Origin: an uncultured archaeon
GTDB lineage: Archaea; Asgardarchaeota; Lokiarchaeia; Sigyniarchaeales; SOKP01
Reading direction: 5' to 3'
Length of the DNA stretch: 15,297 nucleotides
Assembly (NCBI GenBank): GCA_964447495.1
Contig: CAYUTF010000079.1
Coordinates: 1 to 15,297, forward strand
Shown piece by piece: positions 14,317-15,297 of this stretch; the first letter of the stretch is position 1; every line of letters starts with the position of its first letter. The notes under the pieces are model-generated. The model was not told the origin of the DNA, ran no database searches, and saw nothing but the letters and a program-made list of their open reading frames with translations. Position numbers and translations under genes: made by a program.

Positions 14317-15288
14317 ATGAGAAAAATTAATACTAAGGGGACCTCAATAGTGTGGGGTTTAATGTTATTTGGAATTTTGATTGTTAGCGTTTTTTCTGCA
14401 TCGATATTAGCAGCTGACAAATATCAATCTACCTTATCAAAAGGAACAGATGAATTTACAGTAATTCTATATGATGAAAGTGCTTGGAAAACAACAGTCG
14501 ATTCTTCATTAAAACCTAATGATTGGTTTGAGGGTGATGCGAACATTACAAACGCTAAAAGTAAGATAACTCTAAAAGGATTCACCACAGGTACATGGGG
14601 GATGTACGATGTTTTAACAACGATATTTTTCCCTGAATTGTATGAAACTGCTACTGAAATTTATACATTATTAACTCTAATGGATTTACAAGGATATAAT
14701 GAAACTACGATCAATGCAAACTATACATCAACTTATGGCTATTGGTATGGCATACGCTCAGTCTGGAATTTTACTGATGGCATATATGAAGAGAATCCGA
14801 GCTACACAGATGGGATAATTATACTTCAGGAGCCTTCAAGCTACAAGACAATGCTAAACGATTACAACATTCTTGCTGGTGATCTTGATGGAAACATAGT
14901 TCTTCAAATGCAGGGATATAGTTTTCCAAATATTAGTGCAGATGAGTTTCTATGGCAGTTAGTTTTCAGTGGATTTTCAATCGCAGAACCCCAATCAGAT
15001 TATTTGTCTGAAGATGTCAATGAACTTGGATGCGAGAACATAACAGTTAGCGGAAATACACTCATTTTTGAGCGTAATGGATTAACAAATTATACAGTAG
15101 AGATATCATATGGAGGAAAAGGAATGATATCTTCCTTTACGGTTAAAGATCTTAATGGTATAACGATATTTCAATTCTCAAGTTCTAATACAGAATGGAT
15201 CTTTTATCTGATCTTAATAATTTCACTAGCATCAGTTATTGGATTAGTGATATTTATTATTATTAGGAAAAGGAGATTGAATAGATAA
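14317..15288 (+). CDS. Secreted, C-terminally membrane-anchored acidic (glyco)protein of unknown function
   Basis: N-terminal signal-like segment (MRKINTKG + hydrophobic + ILAA), many NxS/T sequons (NIT, NET, NYT, NFT, NIS), C-terminal TM followed by RKRRLNR. AGGAGG upstream; starts 1 nt after the permease stop. Confidence 0.85.
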   Translation: MRKINTKGTSIVWGLMLFGILIVSVFSASILAADKYQSTLSKGTDEFTVILYDESAWKTTVDSSLKPNDWFEGDANITNAKSKITLKGFTTGTWGMYDVLTTIFFPELYETATEIYTLLTLMDLQGYNETTINANYTSTYGYWYGIRSVWNFTDGIYEENPSYTDGIIILQEPSSYKTMLNDYNILAGDLDGNIVLQMQGYSFPNISADEFLWQLVFSGFSIAEPQSDYLSEDVNELGCENITVSGNTLIFERNGLTNYTVEISYGGKGMISSFTVKDLNGITIFQFSSSNTEWIFYLILIISLASVIGLVIFIIIRKRRLNR

Positions 15289-15297
15289 GTTTTAAAT

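Noticed and set aside
1-15297. CRISPR arrays, tRNA/rRNA genes, IS elements
   Set aside because: No regularly spaced repeats, GC-rich cloverleaf or rRNA-like segments, transposase motifs or terminal inverted repeats seen by eye. CACCTCCTTA at 366-375 resembles a 16S 3' end but is better explained as a minus-strand SD.

Overview
AT-rich archaeal chromosomal window. It is most consistent with an Asgard (Lokiarchaeia-like) genome; this is inferred from the TATA/BRE promoters, apparently leaderless genes, a CdrS-type RHH protein, a tandem DUF6125/V4R-like protein and a C-terminally anchored glycoprotein. Gene order: 5' end of a DUF5320-type gene (-, missed by the ORF track), a structured 440-bp intergenic region, a 473-aa coiled-coil/Pro-rich protein, nadE, two hypotheticals, an orphan gamma-class N6-adenine DNA methyltransferase, the tandem DUF6125/V4R-like protein, zupT with a DtxR/MntR-type operator, an amidohydrolase, an AlaX-L editing protein, a divergent CaCA exchanger, a 52-aa CdrS-like RHH regulator (missed by the ORF track), and a PadR / ABC-2 ATPase / permease / surface-protein operon. 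I saw no rRNA, tRNA, CRISPR array or transposase. The most intriguing unexplained elements are (i) an attenuator- or switch-like RNA with a strong SD and a 12-codon leader ORF at 280-374, (ii) an ESCRT-I-like helical hairpin at the C-terminus of the 473-aa protein, (iii) the stand-alone CdrS-like gene and (iv) a CaCA transporter with rewired ion-binding motifs. All family assignments come from reading motifs by eye; no searches were run.
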